64,000 nt of DNA from Candidatus Doudnabacteria bacterium. Lineage in GTDB: Bacteria > Patescibacteriota > JAQUNI01. Under the pieces are notes generated by a model, which made no database searches, had not been told where the DNA came from, and saw only the letters and a program-made list of their open reading frames with translations. Position numbers and translations under genes: made by a program. Location: NCBI GenBank assembly GCA_041644975.1, contig JBAZQX010000001.1:39274-103273 (forward strand), given 5' to 3'. This document shows positions 62,476 through 64,000 of this stretch, in pieces. The number at the start of each line of letters is the position of its first letter. Position 1 is the first letter of the stretch.

Positions 62476-63601
62476 TTAATAATTTTTCTTTTGATTTTGC
62501 GTAATTGTTTTCAGAGAGTTTTTGAGAGGCGAGTTGTTGGATGTTTTGATAAAATGTGGAATCAGAAATTAATTTTTCCGCAAGCTCTATCCCCTGCCCT
62601 GTCCCCGCAATATCGGGAATGGACAGTTCGGGGAAGAATTCTAATTGGTTATTGGCGTTTATGCCGATACTAGGCGTGCCTACGGCGGCGCAATCAGCCT
62701 GTAAGCGACCCAAGGTCCAAGTCTGGTCCGTATTAATTACCAGGAAAAAGCATGCGAGTCTTTTTAAGTTTTCCTGCCACTTTAAGAAAGGAATAATCTC
62801 AAAGCGGGCATGCGCCGTTTTTAGTGGGGCAATATTTGAATGGGGGTAATCTATTACCTGGATCAAAAACTCTGGATATTTTTTTTGGATTTGAACTGCG
62901 GCGAATTGGCCAGCGAGATTATCTGTTCGCTCGGTTTCTCCGGCCACGAGAATAATTTTTTCTTTTTTTTCTCTTTTTTTAAAAAACCGGTCGGCATATT
63001 CAAAGGGATAGAATTGCGGAAAATAAGCTACTTTGGTGTGAAGAAAGGATTGGAGATAATCCTGCGCGTCGCGATTCACATTAATAAAAATATCACAATT
63101 ATTAGCAAAGGTTTTAAAAGCGCGAAATTCATTTTCCTTTTTCCAGACCTCGCGCAACGTTCCTAGAGGACTGACAATGGAACCTAAATAGATCGCGTCA
63201 GGATTGATTTTTTTTGTTTTTCTGATTAAATCTGCCATTAGAGGCATAGAGAAGCTGTGCACCAAGAACAAAATAAGATTAAATTTTTTAAGATAATCCA
63301 AATTGCGATAGATTGGTTTTTTTTGAATCTTTTCCAGGGACAGATCTAGTTTGCGGCCGAGTTTATAGGAAAGAGTATGTGGATTTTGATGGCGGCGCAA
63401 AAAGTTGACTGGGATATGCTCGCCAGAGAGCGCCGATGTCCAACAGCCAAAAGAAGTGGGGTCAATTTCCGTTTCAGGATCGCAGAGATAATTAGGTTTT
63501 TCCGGGGTTGGCCGCCAAATCCTCCCTGTTTTGGTGGAATATTCAATACAGGCAAATCTCATTTTTTCTATAGATTTTTGGAAAATTTTATTCTTGGACA
63601 T
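62465..63601 (-). CDS. hypothetical protein, possibly a GT-B-fold glycosyltransferase
   Basis: It is 378 aa. The C-terminal region TDQTWTLGRLQADCAAVGTPSIG resembles a GT-B donor-binding region. The call is weak. Confidence 0.3.
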   Translation of the reverse strand: MSKNKIFQKSIEKMRFACIEYSTKTGRIWRPTPEKPNYLCDPETEIDPTSFGCWTSALSGEHIPVNFLRRHQNPHTLSYKLGRKLDLSLEKIQKKPIYRNLDYLKKFNLILFLVHSFSMPLMADLIRKTKKINPDAIYLGSIVSPLGTLREVWKKENEFRAFKTFANNCDIFINVNRDAQDYLQSFLHTKVAYFPQFYPFEYADRFFKKREKKEKIILVAGETERTDNLAGQFAAVQIQKKYPEFLIQVIDYPHSNIAPLKTAHARFEIIPFLKWQENLKRLACFFLVINTDQTWTLGRLQADCAAVGTPSIGINANNQLEFFPELSIPDIAGTGQGIELAEKLISDSTFYQNIQQLASQKLSENNYAKSKEKLLKIL

Positions 63602-64000
63602 TGGTTTGGAAGAATTTTTGGTTAATTTTTGCCCGTACCAGTTCTAAAATAAGCTTCATCTCTTTAAGCTTCACCAAATAAGCGCAGAGGAGATAGAGGA
63701 AAGCACTAGAAATAACGACGGCAAGGAGGGCTAAACTTTGATCCCAAAGACGGGAGCGATTAATATGGCTATAAATAAGGGGCTTACTTAAAAAAAGAAA
63801 GATTCCCATCAACAGGCTTGGTAACAAAATTTTAAGATAATATTTATCCCAGAGCACCGATTTTATCTGCGGCAAATAGCGAGTTAAAAAATAAGAATGG
63901 AGGAGGAGAGAAAGAATATTGGTCAGGGAGGTAGCGAGCGCCAACCCTCCGTGAGCCAAGGGTCGGACCAAAAGGAAATTTAAGGCAATGTTAAAAGCAA
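63588..64000 (-). CDS. C-terminal part of a polytopic membrane protein, possibly a MOP-superfamily flippase (MurJ/Wzx-like); the gene start lies beyond the window end
   Basis: It has hydrophobic helices, GGLALATSLTNILSLLL. The track ORF begins at an internal Met; the frame probably continues upstream past 64000. Confidence 0.35.
   Translation of the reverse strand, partial: AFNIALNFLLVRPLAHGGLALATSLTNILSLLLHSYFLTRYLPQIKSVLWDKYYLKILLPSLLMGIFLFLSKPLIYSHINRSRLWDQSLALLAVVISSAFLYLLCAYLVKLKEMKLILELVRAKINQKFFQTNVQE

Noticed and set aside
1-64000. tRNA, rRNA, tmRNA, RNase P or SRP RNA genes
   Set aside because: I looked for T-loop (GGTTCGAATCC-like), tmRNA tag-peptide frames and SRP/RNase P conserved boxes in all intergenic regions. 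None were found. The 3240-3733 spacer was examined specifically.
1-64000. Prophage, insertion sequence or integron content
   Set aside because: No transposase, integrase, recombinase, reverse transcriptase or phage structural motifs were recognised in any ORF. The dispersed repeats are too short (<170 nt) to encode anything.

Overview
The window is a low-GC genome segment, AT-rich by eye at roughly 35-40% GC, and compact with short intergenic gaps. It begins with a short minus-strand cell-envelope/housekeeping block: a partial pgeF/yfiH-like gene, mraY, a PBP5-type D-Ala-D-Ala carboxypeptidase and scpB. After a 490-nt divergent intergenic region (3240-3733), about 60 kb is almost entirely glycan biosynthesis. 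It encodes at least ten GT4-type GT-B glycosyltransferases, five GT2 enzymes (three of the polyprenyl-phosphate GtrB/ArnC/DPM1 type), and six or seven GT-C-like polytopic membrane proteins (three YfhO-family paralogs, one of them split, and PMT/ArnT-like proteins, one carrying an N-terminal discoidin domain). There are two flippase-type proteins. Several sugar-nucleotide pathways are present: CDP-hexose (rfbF and rfbG plus reductases), a GDP-mannose-dehydratase-like enzyme, an HldE-domain-II-like nucleotidyltransferase, a UDP-GlcNAc 2-epimerase, a DegT aminotransferase, and NeuB/NeuA for a nonulosonic acid. The island also holds a CE4 deacetylase, a YdjC-family deacetylase, a B12-binding radical SAM enzyme with a SAM methyltransferase, and sulfate-activation genes cysDN beside an alkaline-phosphatase-superfamily enzyme. 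No rRNA, tRNA, CRISPR array, transposase, integrase or reverse transcriptase could be recognised. The most unusual content is non-coding. (1) Families of GC-rich palindromic mini-elements (about 75% GC in an AT-rich background) are inserted in-frame into the interdomain linkers of two GT4 genes and sit at gene junctions, where they supply stop codons, C-terminal tails and Shine-Dalgarno sequences; this behaviour resembles Rickettsia palindromic elements. (2) A conserved two-hairpin motif of about 75 nt ending in GGAGGGTTTCAC recurs upstream of four minus-strand genes. (3) A near-palindromic GAATTACGAAATTC-type motif recurs at gene starts, and a duplicate of the cysN 5' region is present. (4) AT-rich intergenic regions are built as inverted tandem short repeats, with a different unit in each spacer. 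All coordinates of small motifs are approximate (+/- 2 nt). All functional calls rest on by-eye motif recognition, not on database searches.
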